A stretch of DNA of 64,000 nucleotides from Roseiarcus sp. (GTDB taxonomy: Bacteria > Pseudomonadota > Alphaproteobacteria > Rhizobiales > Beijerinckiaceae). Below the pieces are notes generated by a model, which was not told the DNA's origin, did no database searches, and worked only from the letters and a program-made list of their open reading frames with translations. Below are positions 1 to 9,904 of the stretch, piece by piece. Where the stretch lies: positions 12,857-76,856 of the forward strand of contig DATNDU010000008.1 in NCBI GenBank assembly GCA_035606915.1, in the 5' to 3' direction. A program made the position numbers and the translations under genes. Every line of letters starts with the position of its first letter. Position 1 is the first letter of the stretch.

Positions 1-335
1 CCGGCGGCGAGGCGGCGATCGGAATCGGCCGCGGCGCCGGCCGCGACCCCGGCGGCGATCAGCATGACGAGCGATAGGATGGCATGGGCGTAGAATGCCC
101 AGGGCGCCGCCGCGACGAGGCCAAGCCCGCAAATCGTCACCCGCAGCCAAAGCCGGCCGCCGCCGATCAGCCGTTGCCATTCCCAGGCGACGCCGATCGC
201 CGCGAGGCCCCAGAAGATGAGAAACACCGGGCCGCCGACCCAAGTCGCCGCCAGCGCCAGTACGACCATGACGACGCCGGAGATAGCGCGCGGCTTCAGA
301 TCGTCGGCGAGGATGAAGCGGGGACGGGCGGCCAT
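1..335 (-). CDS. cdsA: Phosphatidate cytidylyltransferase, 5' part (runs off the window start)
   Basis: Manual translation from ATG at 335 gives [35 protein letters not shown]...AWEWQRL, a hydrophobic CdsA-like N-terminus. TGATG overlap with the uppS stop; canonical frr-uppS-cdsA order. Confidence 0.85.
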   Translation of the reverse strand, partial: MAARPRFILADDLKPRAISGVVMVVLALAATWVGGPVFLIFWGLAAIGVAWEWQRLIGGGRLWLRVTICGLGLVAAAPWAFYAHAILSLVMLIAAGVAAGAAADSDRRLAA

Positions 336-1099
336 CAGGAGGCCGACTTGACGGCGGCCGTCAGCCCGCGCCCGCCGTAGCGGCGCTCGCGGCTGAAATA
401 TTCGTCGAGCGCCGCTTCGAACGCGGCGCGGTCGAAATCCGGCCAATGCAGCGGCAGGAAGACGAATTCGGAATAGGCCGCCTGCCACAGCAGGAAGTTG
501 GAGAGGCGCTGCTCGCCCGAGGTGCGTATGATGAGATCGGGATCGGGAATGTCGCAACTCGACAGCGAACTGGCGAAATGCTCGACGCCGATGGCGTTGG
601 GATCGAGCTTGCCCGCCACCGCCTTGGCCGCCAGCCGACGCGCCGCCTCGACGATCTCCTGCCGGCCGCCGTAGTTGAAGGCGACCGCCAGCGTCAGGCC
701 GCCGTTGCAGCGGGTGAGTTCCTCGGCCTCCACCAGCAGGCCCGCGATATCGGCAGCCAGCCCGTCGCGGCCGCCGATCACCCGCACGCGCACGTCGTTG
801 GCGTGCAGCTCGGCGAGGTCGTTGCGGATGTAGCGCTTGAGCAGGCCCATCAGCAGCGACACCTCGTCGGGCGGGCGGCTCCAGTTCTCGGTGGAGAAAC
901 TATAAAGCGTCAGGAACGAGACGCCGATATCGCGCGCCGCGCGCACCGCCCGCCGCACCGCCTCGACGCCGCGCCGATGGCCTTCGTAGCGCGGCAGGCC
1001 GCGCGCCTGCGCCCAGCGGCCGTTGCCGTCCATGATGATGGCGACGTGGCGGGGCGCCTTGCGGGCCGGGTAGTGCAGATTGTCGATCGGCGATGCCAT
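335..1099 (-). CDS. uppS: Undecaprenyl/isoprenyl diphosphate synthase
   Basis: Motifs [57 protein letters not shown]. Start placed at ATG 1099 rather than the ORF-track start. Confidence 0.97.
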   Translation of the reverse strand: MASPIDNLHYPARKAPRHVAIIMDGNGRWAQARGLPRYEGHRRGVEAVRRAVRAARDIGVSFLTLYSFSTENWSRPPDEVSLLMGLLKRYIRNDLAELHANDVRVRVIGGRDGLAADIAGLLVEAEELTRCNGGLTLAVAFNYGGRQEIVEAARRLAAKAVAGKLDPNAIGVEHFASSLSSCDIPDPDLIIRTSGEQRLSNFLLWQAAYSEFVFLPLHWPDFDRAAFEAALDEYFSRERRYGGRGLTAAVKSAS

Positions 1100-1122
1100 G
1101 GGGCCAAGACCTCGGCGCGCCG

Positions 1123-1689
1123 CTAAACTTGCATAATCTCCTTTTCCTTCGAGGCGAGCAAGAAGTCGATCTCCTTGATCGCCTCGTCGGTCGCTTTCTG
1201 CGCGTCGGTCTCCTGGCGCTTGCACTCGTCCTCGGGAATGGCGTGCTCCTTGAGCAGTTTCTTCAGCACGTCGAAACCGTCGCGACGCACATGCCGCACG
1301 GCGACGCGCGCGTCCTCGGCGTATTTATGCGCGATCTTGACCATCTCTTTGCGGCGCTGCTCGTTGAGTTCGGGGATGCGGATGCGCAGCAGCGTGCCTT
1401 CGACGGTCGGCGAAAGGCCGAGATTGGCGTCGCGAATCGCTTTGTCGACGGCGCCGACCATCGCCTTGTCCCAGACCGAAACGGAGAGCGCGCGCGGCTC
1501 CGGCACACTGATCGAGGCGACCTGGGTGAGCGGCGTGCGCTGGCCATAAGCCTCGACCTGCACGGGCTCCAGAAGCGCCGCGCTGGCGCGCCCGGTGCGC
1601 AGCCCGTTAAGCTCCGACTTCAGCGTCGAATGGGCGCCCTGCATGCGCCGCTTCAAATCGTCGAGGTCGAATTTCGGCAACGCCGCCAT
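1123..1689 (-). CDS. frr: Ribosome recycling factor
   Basis: [60 protein letters not shown]. Start ATG 1689. Confidence 0.97.
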   Translation of the reverse strand: MAALPKFDLDDLKRRMQGAHSTLKSELNGLRTGRASAALLEPVQVEAYGQRTPLTQVASISVPEPRALSVSVWDKAMVGAVDKAIRDANLGLSPTVEGTLLRIRIPELNEQRRKEMVKIAHKYAEDARVAVRHVRRDGFDVLKKLLKEHAIPEDECKRQETDAQKATDEAIKEIDFLLASKEKEIMQV

Positions 1690-1883
1690 GGGGATTCGTC
1701 CGGTCGCTTGGTCTGGCCGCGTGGGGCGCGGCGATTCGGCGCGCGGTAACCCGCGCCCAACTTCTCTATCACAGCTCGCCTCGGGGTACAGCGCGATTGC
1801 GGCGCCGCGGCGGCGCGTCATCCGACCGACATGAGAATCTGAACAAAGGGGGTAAAGGCCCCGTTGAGATCGGAACCGCTTTG

Positions 1884-2717
1884 ATGCCCCGCGCGCACGA
1901 AATCCACGTTGGAGCGTCGGCCGCCCACCGCTATCGCACCATCTTTATTTCCGACATGCATCTGGGTACGCGCGGCTGCCAGGCGCATCTCATCCTCGAT
2001 TTGCTGCGCCACAACGACGCTGACGCCTATTATCTCGTCGGCGACATCATCGACGGCTGGCGCATGAAGACGAGCTTCTACTGGCCGCAGGCTCATAACG
2101 ACGTCATCCAGAAGCTGTTGGGCAAGGTAAAGCGCGGCGCGCGCATGGTGTTCGTGCCTGGCAACCACGACGAATTCGCGCGCCAGTTCGTCGGCCTGAC
2201 CTTCGGCGGCGTCGAGATCGTGCGCCAGGCGAAATATGTCGCGGCCGACGGCAAGCGCTATCTCGTGCTGCATGGCGACGAATTCGACGTTGTCGTGCGC
2301 CACTCCAAATGGCTCGCCTATCTCGGCGACGGGGCCTATGATTTCGCGATTCTTCTCAACACTCATTTCAATGCGGTGCGACGCAGGCTCGGCTTCCGCT
2401 ATTGGTCGTTCTCGGCCTGGGCGAAGCTAAAGGTCAAGAATGCGGTCAGTTTCATCGGCGCCTTCGAGGCGACACTCGCCGCAGAGGCGCGCCGGCGCGG
2501 CGTCGAAGGGGTGATCTGCGGCCACATCCACCACCCCACGATCCGCGATCTCGACGGCATAACTTACGTTAATACCGGAGATTTCGTGGAATCCTGCTCC
2601 TATGTCGTCGAGCACGACGACGGTCGACTCGAACTGCTGCGCTGGTCGCGCCCGCTCGCGACGGCGGCGCCGGAGACCGAGGCGGAAGACCCCATCGGCG
2701 TGGTCGAAGCGGCCTGA
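1884..2717 (+). CDS. Metallophosphoesterase, UDP-2,3-diacylglucosamine diphosphatase-like (COG2908)
   Basis: Calcineurin-like motifs [49 protein letters not shown]. Start uncertain. Confidence 0.85.
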   Translation: MPRAHEIHVGASAAHRYRTIFISDMHLGTRGCQAHLILDLLRHNDADAYYLVGDIIDGWRMKTSFYWPQAHNDVIQKLLGKVKRGARMVFVPGNHDEFARQFVGLTFGGVEIVRQAKYVAADGKRYLVLHGDEFDVVVRHSKWLAYLGDGAYDFAILLNTHFNAVRRRLGFRYWSFSAWAKLKVKNAVSFIGAFEATLAAEARRRGVEGVICGHIHHPTIRDLDGITYVNTGDFVESCSYVVEHDDGRLELLRWSRPLATAAPETEAEDPIGVVEAA

Positions 2718-2813
2718 TGCGCATGCTGCCGGCCACCCGCCCCGCCGATCCCCGGCGAGGCGGCGCGGCGCGGGGAATCGCCTTCATCTGGGAGGAGCGC
2801 GCCCGCCGGCGCC

Positions 2814-3230
2814 TCAGCCGAACAGCTTGAGGCCGCCTTCGATATCCTGCTCGTCGAGCGCCACCAGTCCGGCGAAGCGCCGCTCCAACCCGCCCGCCTT
2901 GACGCTCTCGCGCCGCGTCTCGGCCTCCTCGACCAGCCGCGCCCGCAAGCGCACATCGGCCAGCGGCTGCAAATCCTTCAACACTTCCGCCAATTGTCTC
3001 ACCACCTCGGCTGCCCGCTCGCCTTCCAGGCGCTGACGCGCCCGCTCGACGTCGCTGCGAATCGCGTGCGCCTCGATGCGCTCGATGGCGTCGCGCAGGC
3101 GGCCGGCGTCCTCGGCGCGCCGGCGCCTGGCGTATTCGGCAAGAAACCGCCGCCCCCGCTCCGTGCTCATGACCACGGCCCGAATCGCCGCGAATTCGGC
3201 TTCGGAAAGGTCGGGGAGCGCCGCGGTCAA
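2814..3230 (-). CDS. Hypothetical coiled-coil protein whose N-terminus resembles that of rhizobial CheZ-like proteins
   Basis: LSEAEFAAIRAVVMSTERGRRFLAEYARRRR...AIERIE. TTG start at 3230 preceded by GAGAGGGGG. No CheZ C-terminal phosphatase region. Confidence 0.55.
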   Translation of the reverse strand: MTAALPDLSEAEFAAIRAVVMSTERGRRFLAEYARRRRAEDAGRLRDAIERIEAHAIRSDVERARQRLEGERAAEVVRQLAEVLKDLQPLADVRLRARLVEEAETRRESVKAGGLERRFAGLVALDEQDIEGGLKLFG

Positions 3231-3791
3231 ATCAGCCCCCTCTCGACCGGCGGGCCGGGACTGCCGGCGGGTTCGCGGCTGCGGCGAACGGAGACAGCGC
3301 CATTTTCGTCTACTTGCTCCAAGAGCGAAGGGCTTTCCTCCACACTGGCCCACACCTTCAAGGCCAGAACAATCGACGCACTGACGACATCCCTCGGCTT
3401 GTGGCGCAACCTCACGACGACGCGCCGCCGTCCTCTATATCTATACTGATTATCCAACGCCATAGTTAATTATATCTTTCCACAGCGGCGATGTTCTCCT
3501 TAAACCGCTTCGCGCAAGCAAACGATCGCTGCACAACCGCAGAGCTCCGCTGCCCTATATTACGTAGCGTCATTCAAAAAAGACTTCACAACGCCGGCGC
3601 CGCTCGCCTGAACTATGCCAGTCGGCGGGCATGGCTTTGCGGCGCCGCGCTCGACATCGTTGTCGATTGTCGAGCCCGCCCGCGACGCGCCCGAGCCGGG
3701 CGCGCATCTGTTTTCTCGTGCGCGTCCGAGCAAAAACCGGGTTCCCGCCGCGCCTGGGCAAGGGTAGAGGAGGAGGGATCAGGTCGGGGAC

Positions 3792-6776
3792 GTGTTGAAC
3801 ATGGCGGGCGCGATGCGCACAGGGCTGGGCGGTCGCGTAGACCGGTCGCGAGTCATCGGCTTCACTTTCGACGGCAAGCGCTATCAGGGGCTGGCGGGCG
3901 ATACGCTCGCCTCGGCGCTGATCGCCAATGGCGTCCATCTGATGGGCCGCTCGTTCAAATACCATCGCCCGCGCGGGGTATTGTCGCTTGGCTCCGAGGA
4001 GCCGAACGCGCTCGTTTCGGTCGATGCCGGCAAGGGCCGGCTGACGCCGAACCTGCGCGCCACGCAGGTCGAGATCTACGAGGGACTGAAGGCAAAGTCG
4101 CAGAACGCCTGGCCGTCGCTGGAGTTCGACGCGCTGGCGGTCAATGGCGCGCTGTCGGCGTTTTTCCCCGCCGGCTTCTATTACAAGACCTTCATCGGGC
4201 CGAAGGGCGCCTGGGAGCATGTCTACGAGCCGATGATTCGGCGCACCGCCGGCCTCGGCGTCGCCCCGAGCGAGCCGGACCCCGACCACTACGCCTACGA
4301 GCACCGCCATTGCGATGTCGCGGTCGTCGGCGGCGGCCCGGCCGGCCTCACCGCCGCACGCGCCGCAGCCAGGGCCGGCGACCGGGTGATCCTGTTTGAC
4401 GAGCAGGCGGAGTTCGGCGGTTCGCTGCTCGCCGATTCGCAACTTCGCCTCGACGGCAAGCGGGGCGCCGACTGGGTCGCCGAGGTCGTCGCCGAACTCG
4501 CCGCGCTGCCCAATGTCACGTTGCTGCCGCGCACCCAGGCATTCGGCTATTACGCGCAGAACTTCCTCGCCGCCGAGCAGCGCGTCGGCGACCATCTCGC
4601 CTACCCCGATCCGAAGCTGCCGCGGGCGCGGTTCTGGCAGGTGCGCGCCAAGCGCGTCATCGTCGCCGCCGGCGCGCATGAGCGGCCGCTGGTGTTTCCC
4701 GACAATGATCGGCCGGGGATCATGCTGGCGGATTCGGCGCGCGCGCTGGCGGTGCGCTACGGCGTGCGGCCGGGCAAAAAGATCGTCGTCGCCACCAGCC
4801 ACGACGGCGGCTATCGCGCCGCGCTCGACCTCGCCGAGGCCGGCTGCGGCATCGCCGTGATCCTCGATTCGCGCCAGGAAGCCAACGGCGCCCTGCCTCA
4901 GGCGGCGCGCGCGCGCGGTCTGCCGATCGAGACGCAGACGATGTTGCTCGGCTCGCGCGGCGGCTTGCGCGTCACCCATGCGCGCGCGGCGCGGATGGGG
5001 CCGGACGGGCAGCCGGGCAAGGCCGACGAGATCGCCTGCGACCTCATCGCCATGACCGGCGGCTGGACGCCGAGCGTGCATCTGTTCTCGCAATCGCGCG
5101 GCCGCTTACGCTTCGACGGCGCCACCCGGACCTTCGTTCCCGGCGAGGCGACGCAGGACATGGTTTCTGTCGGCGCTTCAGCCGGCGCCTTCGATTTCGC
5201 CGAGGCTTTGGGCGAAGCCGCGCGCGCCGGGGCCGAGGGGGCTGAGGCGCCGCGCGTCGAGGCGGCGGACGGCTTCGACATCGGCACGCTGGGCCTTGTC
5301 GCGCCGCTGCCGGAGCAGGCGCTGACCAAGGCCTTCGTCGATTTCCAGAACGACGTCACCGCGCGCGACATCAAGCTCGCCACCCGCGAGGGCATGCGCT
5401 CGATCGAGCATATCAAGCGCTACACCACCACCGGCATGGCGACCGATCAGGGCAAGACCTCCAACATGAACGCCCTTGCCATCGCCGCCGACGCGCTCGG
5501 GCGCGAGATCGCCGAGGTTGGGCTGACGACGTTCCGCCTGCCCTATACGCCGGTCACTTTCGGCATTTTCGGCGGGCCGTCGAAGCGCGAAATGCTCGAC
5601 CCCGTGCGCGAGACGCCGATCCATTCCTGGTATGTCGGCAGGAACGCGGTGTGGGAAGAAGCCGGCCTGTGGAAGCGCGCCACGCGCGTGCCGCTGGCGG
5701 GCGAATCGGAAGCGCAGACGGTGCGCCGCGAGTGCCTGACGACGCGCGCCAAGGCGGGGATCATGGACGCCTCGACGCTCGGAAAGATCGAGGTCGTCGG
5801 GCCGGACGCCGCCGAATTCCTCAACCGTCTCTACATCAACGCCTTCATGAAACTCGGCGTCGGGCGCTGCCGCTACGGGCTGATGCTCAACGAGATGGGC
5901 TTCATCTACGACGACGGCGTGGCGATGCGGCTCGCGCCGGATCGCTTCCACATCACGACGACAACCTCCGGCGCGGCGCATGTATTGGCGGTGATGGAGG
6001 ATTATATCCAGACCGAGTGGCCGGATCTGAAGGTCCGCTTCACCTCGATCACCGAGCAATGGGCGACCATCGCCATCAACGGGCCGCGGGCGCGGGACAT
6101 CCTCAGCCCCCTCGTCGAAGGGATCGATCTCTCCAGCGCCGCCTTCCCGCATATGAGCGTGCGCGAAGGGCGCATCGCCGGCGCGCCGACGCGGCTGGCC
6201 CGCGTCAGCTTCACCGGCGAGATGGGTTTCGAGGCCAATGTCCCCTCGGACTATGGCCTGGCCGTCCAGGAGGCGATCTGGGCCGAGGCGGAGAAGCGCG
6301 GCGCCTGCGTCTACGGGCTCGACGCGCTGCATATTCTGCGCGCCGAGAAGGGCTTCATCGTCGTCGGCCAGGACACCGACGGCACGGTGACGCCCGACGA
6401 CGTCGGCATGGGGCGGATGGCCGCGATGTCGAAGCCGGATTTCGTCGGCAAGCGCTCGCTGGCGCTCGCCGACCTCAAGCGCCCGGGCCGCAAGCAACTC
6501 GTCGGCCTGCTGCCCGAGGATTCGCATCACCTGCCCGGCGACGGCGAACAGCTCGTCGCCAGCCCGCATACGCCGCCCGGCACACAGGCGCTGGGCCACG
6601 TCACGTCGTCTTACCTCAGCCCGACGCTGGAGCGCCCGTTCTGCATGGCGTTGCTCGCCGACGGGCGCGCCAAGATGGGCCAGACAGTCTATACGATCGG
6701 CCTCCACGGCGCCCATGCCGCCAAGGTGGTCGAGCCGGTGTTCTACGACAAAGAGGGGACGCGTCTTGACGCTTAA
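3792..6776 (+). CDS. soxA: Sarcosine oxidase subunit alpha family protein
   Basis: GDTLASALIANG, SFKYHRPRG, VVGGGPAGL, KRYTTTGMATDQGKTSN, C-terminal GcvT-like region (DASTLGKIEV, RVSFTGEMGFE, LRAEKG). Confidence 0.95.
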   Translation: MLNMAGAMRTGLGGRVDRSRVIGFTFDGKRYQGLAGDTLASALIANGVHLMGRSFKYHRPRGVLSLGSEEPNALVSVDAGKGRLTPNLRATQVEIYEGLKAKSQNAWPSLEFDALAVNGALSAFFPAGFYYKTFIGPKGAWEHVYEPMIRRTAGLGVAPSEPDPDHYAYEHRHCDVAVVGGGPAGLTAARAAARAGDRVILFDEQAEFGGSLLADSQLRLDGKRGADWVAEVVAELAALPNVTLLPRTQAFGYYAQNFLAAEQRVGDHLAYPDPKLPRARFWQVRAKRVIVAAGAHERPLVFPDNDRPGIMLADSARALAVRYGVRPGKKIVVATSHDGGYRAALDLAEAGCGIAVILDSRQEANGALPQAARARGLPIETQTMLLGSRGGLRVTHARAARMGPDGQPGKADEIACDLIAMTGGWTPSVHLFSQSRGRLRFDGATRTFVPGEATQDMVSVGASAGAFDFAEALGEAARAGAEGAEAPRVEAADGFDIGTLGLVAPLPEQALTKAFVDFQNDVTARDIKLATREGMRSIEHIKRYTTTGMATDQGKTSNMNALAIAADALGREIAEVGLTTFRLPYTPVTFGIFGGPSKREMLDPVRETPIHSWYVGRNAVWEEAGLWKRATRVPLAGESEAQTVRRECLTTRAKAGIMDASTLGKIEVVGPDAAEFLNRLYINAFMKLGVGRCRYGLMLNEMGFIYDDGVAMRLAPDRFHITTTTSGAAHVLAVMEDYIQTEWPDLKVRFTSITEQWATIAINGPRARDILSPLVEGIDLSSAAFPHMSVREGRIAGAPTRLARVSFTGEMGFEANVPSDYGLAVQEAIWAEAEKRGACVYGLDALHILRAEKGFIVVGQDTDGTVTPDDVGMGRMAAMSKPDFVGKRSLALADLKRPGRKQLVGLLPEDSHHLPGDGEQLVASPHTPPGTQALGHVTSSYLSPTLERPFCMALLADGRAKMGQTVYTIGLHGAHAAKVVEPVFYDKEGTRLDA

Positions 6777-7323
6777 TGCCGTCCGCCGCTCGGTTCTCGA
6801 CGGCCGCGCCTTGCCTGCCAACGCGCGCGTCAAGGCGACGCCGCTGCCCTTCGCGACGCGGCTCAACCTGCGCGGCGGGGCGGATATCGTCGCCCCCGTG
6901 GCGCAGGCGTTCGGCGTCGCGCCGCCGCTGAAGCCGCTGGGCTCGGCGGCCTCGGGCGAGCGCGCGGCGCTTTGGCTCGGGCCGGACGAATGGCTGCTAC
7001 TGGCCGAAGAGAGCGCGACCGGCCTGATGGACGATCTCGACAAGGCGCTCGGCGGCGTGTTCCACGGCCTCGTCGATATCTCGCACCGTCAGGTCGGCAT
7101 CGCGGTCGAAGGGCCCGGCGCGGCGCGGCTGCTCGCCGCCGGTTGCCCGCTTGATCTCGATCTCAGCGCCTTTCCGGTCGGCATGTCGACGCGCACGCTG
7201 CTGGTGAAGGCGGAAATCGGCCTATGGCGGCGCGAGGACAACGCTTTTCGCATTGAGGTGCTGCGTTCGTTCGCGCCCTATGTGGCGCGCATCCTCAACG
7301 AAGCCGCCAGAGATCAGGGCTGA
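6766..7323 (+). CDS. soxG: Sarcosine oxidase subunit gamma family protein
   Basis: ALWLGPDEWLL, VDISH, LAAGCPLDLDL, RTLLVKAEI, RSFAPY. TTG start overlaps the soxA end. Confidence 0.9.
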   Translation: MTLNAVRRSVLDGRALPANARVKATPLPFATRLNLRGGADIVAPVAQAFGVAPPLKPLGSAASGERAALWLGPDEWLLLAEESATGLMDDLDKALGGVFHGLVDISHRQVGIAVEGPGAARLLAAGCPLDLDLSAFPVGMSTRTLLVKAEIGLWRREDNAFRIEVLRSFAPYVARILNEAARDQG

Positions 7324-7539
7324 TTTTCCTCGACGCTCCGCCGAACGACACCGGCCCTGGGTTCCCGAACGTCACTTTCACCAATACCGGGACCATCGAC
7401 GCCATTTTTCCGACACCGCGCTGACCATCGCCACCAACGAGCGCTTCATCAACAATTGCATGTTGGGAGGCGAGCGGCGGTCCACGGGGCGACGCTAACG
7501 CGCCTTGTCGCGGCGCCCGTTTCCCGCTAACCCCGGCGC

Positions 7540-8400
7540 ATGACGGGCGCGGGAACGGACAGATCGAGGGCGTTGATCGGCGGCGGGCCAGCGGTGGTGC
7601 TGGTGCGCCCGCAACTGGCGGTCAATATCGGCACCTGCGCGCGCGCCATGGCCAATTTCGGCCTCGACGATCTGCGCCTCGTCAACCCCAAGGCCGGCTG
7701 GCCGCGCCAAGACGAATACGCCGAAATCGCTTATGCCGCCGCCGCCGGCGCCACGCATATCCTCGACGCGGCGCGGGTGTTCGAGACCGCGCGGGCCGCC
7801 ATAGCCGACCTCAACTATGTCTACGCGACGACGGCGCGCACGCGCGAACAGGTCAAGCCGGTGCTGACGCCCGCTGCCGCGCTGCCGCAGGCGGCCGCCG
7901 CTACGGACCAGAAGCGCGGCGTAATGTTCGGCCCCGAGCGCACCGGGCTCGACAACGACGAGGTGGCGCTCGCCGACGCGATCCTCACCTTTCCCGCCAA
8001 TCCCGCCTATTCCTCGCTCAATCTCGCCCAGGCGGTGTTGCTCGTCGGCTACGAATGGTTCAAGGCCGCCCACGGCGACGCCCCGCCGCCGACGCTCGAG
8101 CGCCAGCGCTCGCTGCCCGCCAAGCGCGAGACGACGCTCTCCTTCTTCGAATATCTGGAGGACAAGCTCGACGCCGCCGGCTTCTACAAGCCCGAGGGCA
8201 AAATGCCCGGCATGAAGCGCAACCTGCGCAACATCTTCCACCGTCTCGAAATGACGGAGCAGGATGTGCGCACGCTATGGGGCGTCGTCGTGCGGCTCGT
8301 CGAAGGCCCGCGCGAGAGCGTGCAGACCCGCAAGCGCCACCGGCCGCTAAGAACGAACGGCGAAAAAAGACTGAACGGCGACCAAGAGCCTCAACCGTAG
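7540..8400 (+). CDS. trmJ: tRNA/rRNA methyltransferase, SpoU family (TrmJ/LasT type)
   Basis: [51 protein letters not shown]. Convergent with purU, overlapping by 10 bp. Confidence 0.88.
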   Translation: MTGAGTDRSRALIGGGPAVVLVRPQLAVNIGTCARAMANFGLDDLRLVNPKAGWPRQDEYAEIAYAAAAGATHILDAARVFETARAAIADLNYVYATTARTREQVKPVLTPAAALPQAAAATDQKRGVMFGPERTGLDNDEVALADAILTFPANPAYSSLNLAQAVLLVGYEWFKAAHGDAPPPTLERQRSLPAKRETTLSFFEYLEDKLDAAGFYKPEGKMPGMKRNLRNIFHRLEMTEQDVRTLWGVVVRLVEGPRESVQTRKRHRPLRTNGEKRLNGDQEPQP

Positions 8401-9254
8401 AACACCACGGTCTTGCGGCCGTTCAACAGCACGCGGTCTTCGAGATGCATGCTCAGCGCCCGCGACAGCACGCGCCGCTCGATGTCGCGGCCCTTGCGCA
8501 CGAGATCCTCGGGCGTGTCGCGATGGCTGATGCGCTCGACGTCCTGCTCGATGATCGGCCCCTCGTCGAGCGCGGAGGTGACGAAATGCGCTGTCGCGCC
8601 GATCAGTTTCACGCCGCGCTCGTGCGCTTGGTGATAGGGCTTGGCGCCCTTGAAGCCCGGCAAGAATGAGTGGTGAATGTTGATGCAATTGCCGCTGAGC
8701 TTGGCGGCGAGGCCGTCCGACAGGATCTGCATGTAGCGGGCGAGCACGACGACGTCCGCCTTCGATTCGCGCACCGTCTCCCACAGCTTGGTCTCCTGCT
8801 CCATCTTTGTTTGTTTGGTGATGGGCAGATAATGAAAAGGGATATCTCCAAAATCGATGTGCTCATAAGTTTCGCGCGGGTAATTGGCGATGACGGCGAC
8901 CGGCTCCATCGGTAGTTCGCCGCTGCGCCAGCGATAGATCAGATCGACCAGGCAATGGTCGAAGCGTGATGCCAGCAGCGCCACGCGCTTCTTTTGGTCG
9001 GAAGCCCGCAACGTCCAGTTCATGCCGAATGGCGCCGCCGTCTCGGCGAAGCGGGCGCGCAAGGCGGCGGCATCCGCCGTCCCGCCGGCGGCGTTGAAAG
9101 CGACGCGCATAAAAAAATTGCCTGTCTCTATGTCGTCGAACTGCTGCGCATCCAAAATATTGAAGCCGCCTTCGAACAATGTGGCGGAGACGGCTGCGAC
9201 AATGCCCGGACGGTTGGGACAGGAGAGTGTGACAACGAAGCGCGCGCCAGACAT
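8391..9254 (-). CDS. purU: Formyltetrahydrofolate deformylase
   Basis: ACT domain ([13 protein letters not shown]), [55 protein letters not shown]. Confidence 0.96.
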   Translation of the reverse strand: MSGARFVVTLSCPNRPGIVAAVSATLFEGGFNILDAQQFDDIETGNFFMRVAFNAAGGTADAAALRARFAETAAPFGMNWTLRASDQKKRVALLASRFDHCLVDLIYRWRSGELPMEPVAVIANYPRETYEHIDFGDIPFHYLPITKQTKMEQETKLWETVRESKADVVVLARYMQILSDGLAAKLSGNCINIHHSFLPGFKGAKPYHQAHERGVKLIGATAHFVTSALDEGPIIEQDVERISHRDTPEDLVRKGRDIERRVLSRALSMHLEDRVLLNGRKTVVFYG

Positions 9255-9494
9255 GATGAGATCGCCCCCGGTAACTTCGGCTTCGGGGTCGCCGAGCGCG
9301 AGGCGATTGTCAAGCGCTGATGTCAGACGCTGAGGCTGGCCGCGCGGCGGCCGCATGGCGTCTCACCTACGCCCCAACCTTGCCTGACCGTCTTCAACCC
9401 GACGACGGCTCCCGCTATCCAGGTTTGTCAGCTAAACGCAGCCGCCCGCCGACCGGCCCGTGTTTGCGGCTGACGGCGGCGGGTTTTCAATCCG

Positions 9495-9734
9495 CTAATA
9501 CCGGTAGCCGCCATTCTGCAGCGCGCAACGAACGCCGTTCCCGGACGGGAAAGGCTCGGGAATCTCGCCGGGGCCGCAGAATTGATTGACGCCGCCGAAC
9601 GCTTCGGGACTGTCGGGGCCAGAAAAACGGCCGTAGGAATCCTGCCCATTGTGGCCGGGCATGTCCTGCTGCGCGACGGCGCCGCTGGCGCCCAGCATCA
9701 GCAACGAGGCGGCGATCAAGCAGATTTTCAACAT
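9495..9734 (-). CDS. Small exported protein (79 aa)
   Basis: Signal-peptide-like MLKICLIAASLLMLGASGAVA/QQ, GGAGAG-type RBS upstream, two Cys in the mature part. Confidence 0.6.
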   Translation of the reverse strand: MLKICLIAASLLMLGASGAVAQQDMPGHNGQDSYGRFSGPDSPEAFGGVNQFCGPGEIPEPFPSGNGVRCALQNGGYRY

Positions 9735-9854
9735 CTCGCGCTCTCCTTCCAGATCGGCGACCGAAGACGGCGGCCCATGTCATGTAGAAAGAGTACGCAG
9801 TTCGTCAGCGGTTGGATTTCTGAAATCGCCTTCACATTGCCGATAGGCGCAGCC

Positions 9855-9904
9855 TCAGTCCTCGAAACGCTCGGAGGTTTCAGTCCTCGAAACGCTCGGA
9901 GGTT
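9855..9904. repeat. 25-bp perfect tandem duplication covering the nadE stop codon
   Basis: tcagtcctcgaaacgctcggaggtt at 9855-9879 and 9880-9904. Confidence 0.9.

Noticed and set aside
3660-3780. Possible degenerate rhizobial intergenic repeat upstream of soxA
   Set aside because: Only a vague resemblance and no second copy in the window.
3570-7043. Long antisense ORFs 3570..5093 and 5178..7043 (likewise 11624..13078, 11701..13488, 26029..27936, 36643..37914, 47156..48796, 52070..53947)
   Set aside because: They overlap well-supported genes, are Arg/Ala/Gly-rich and lack motifs; typical shadow ORFs of high-GC DNA.
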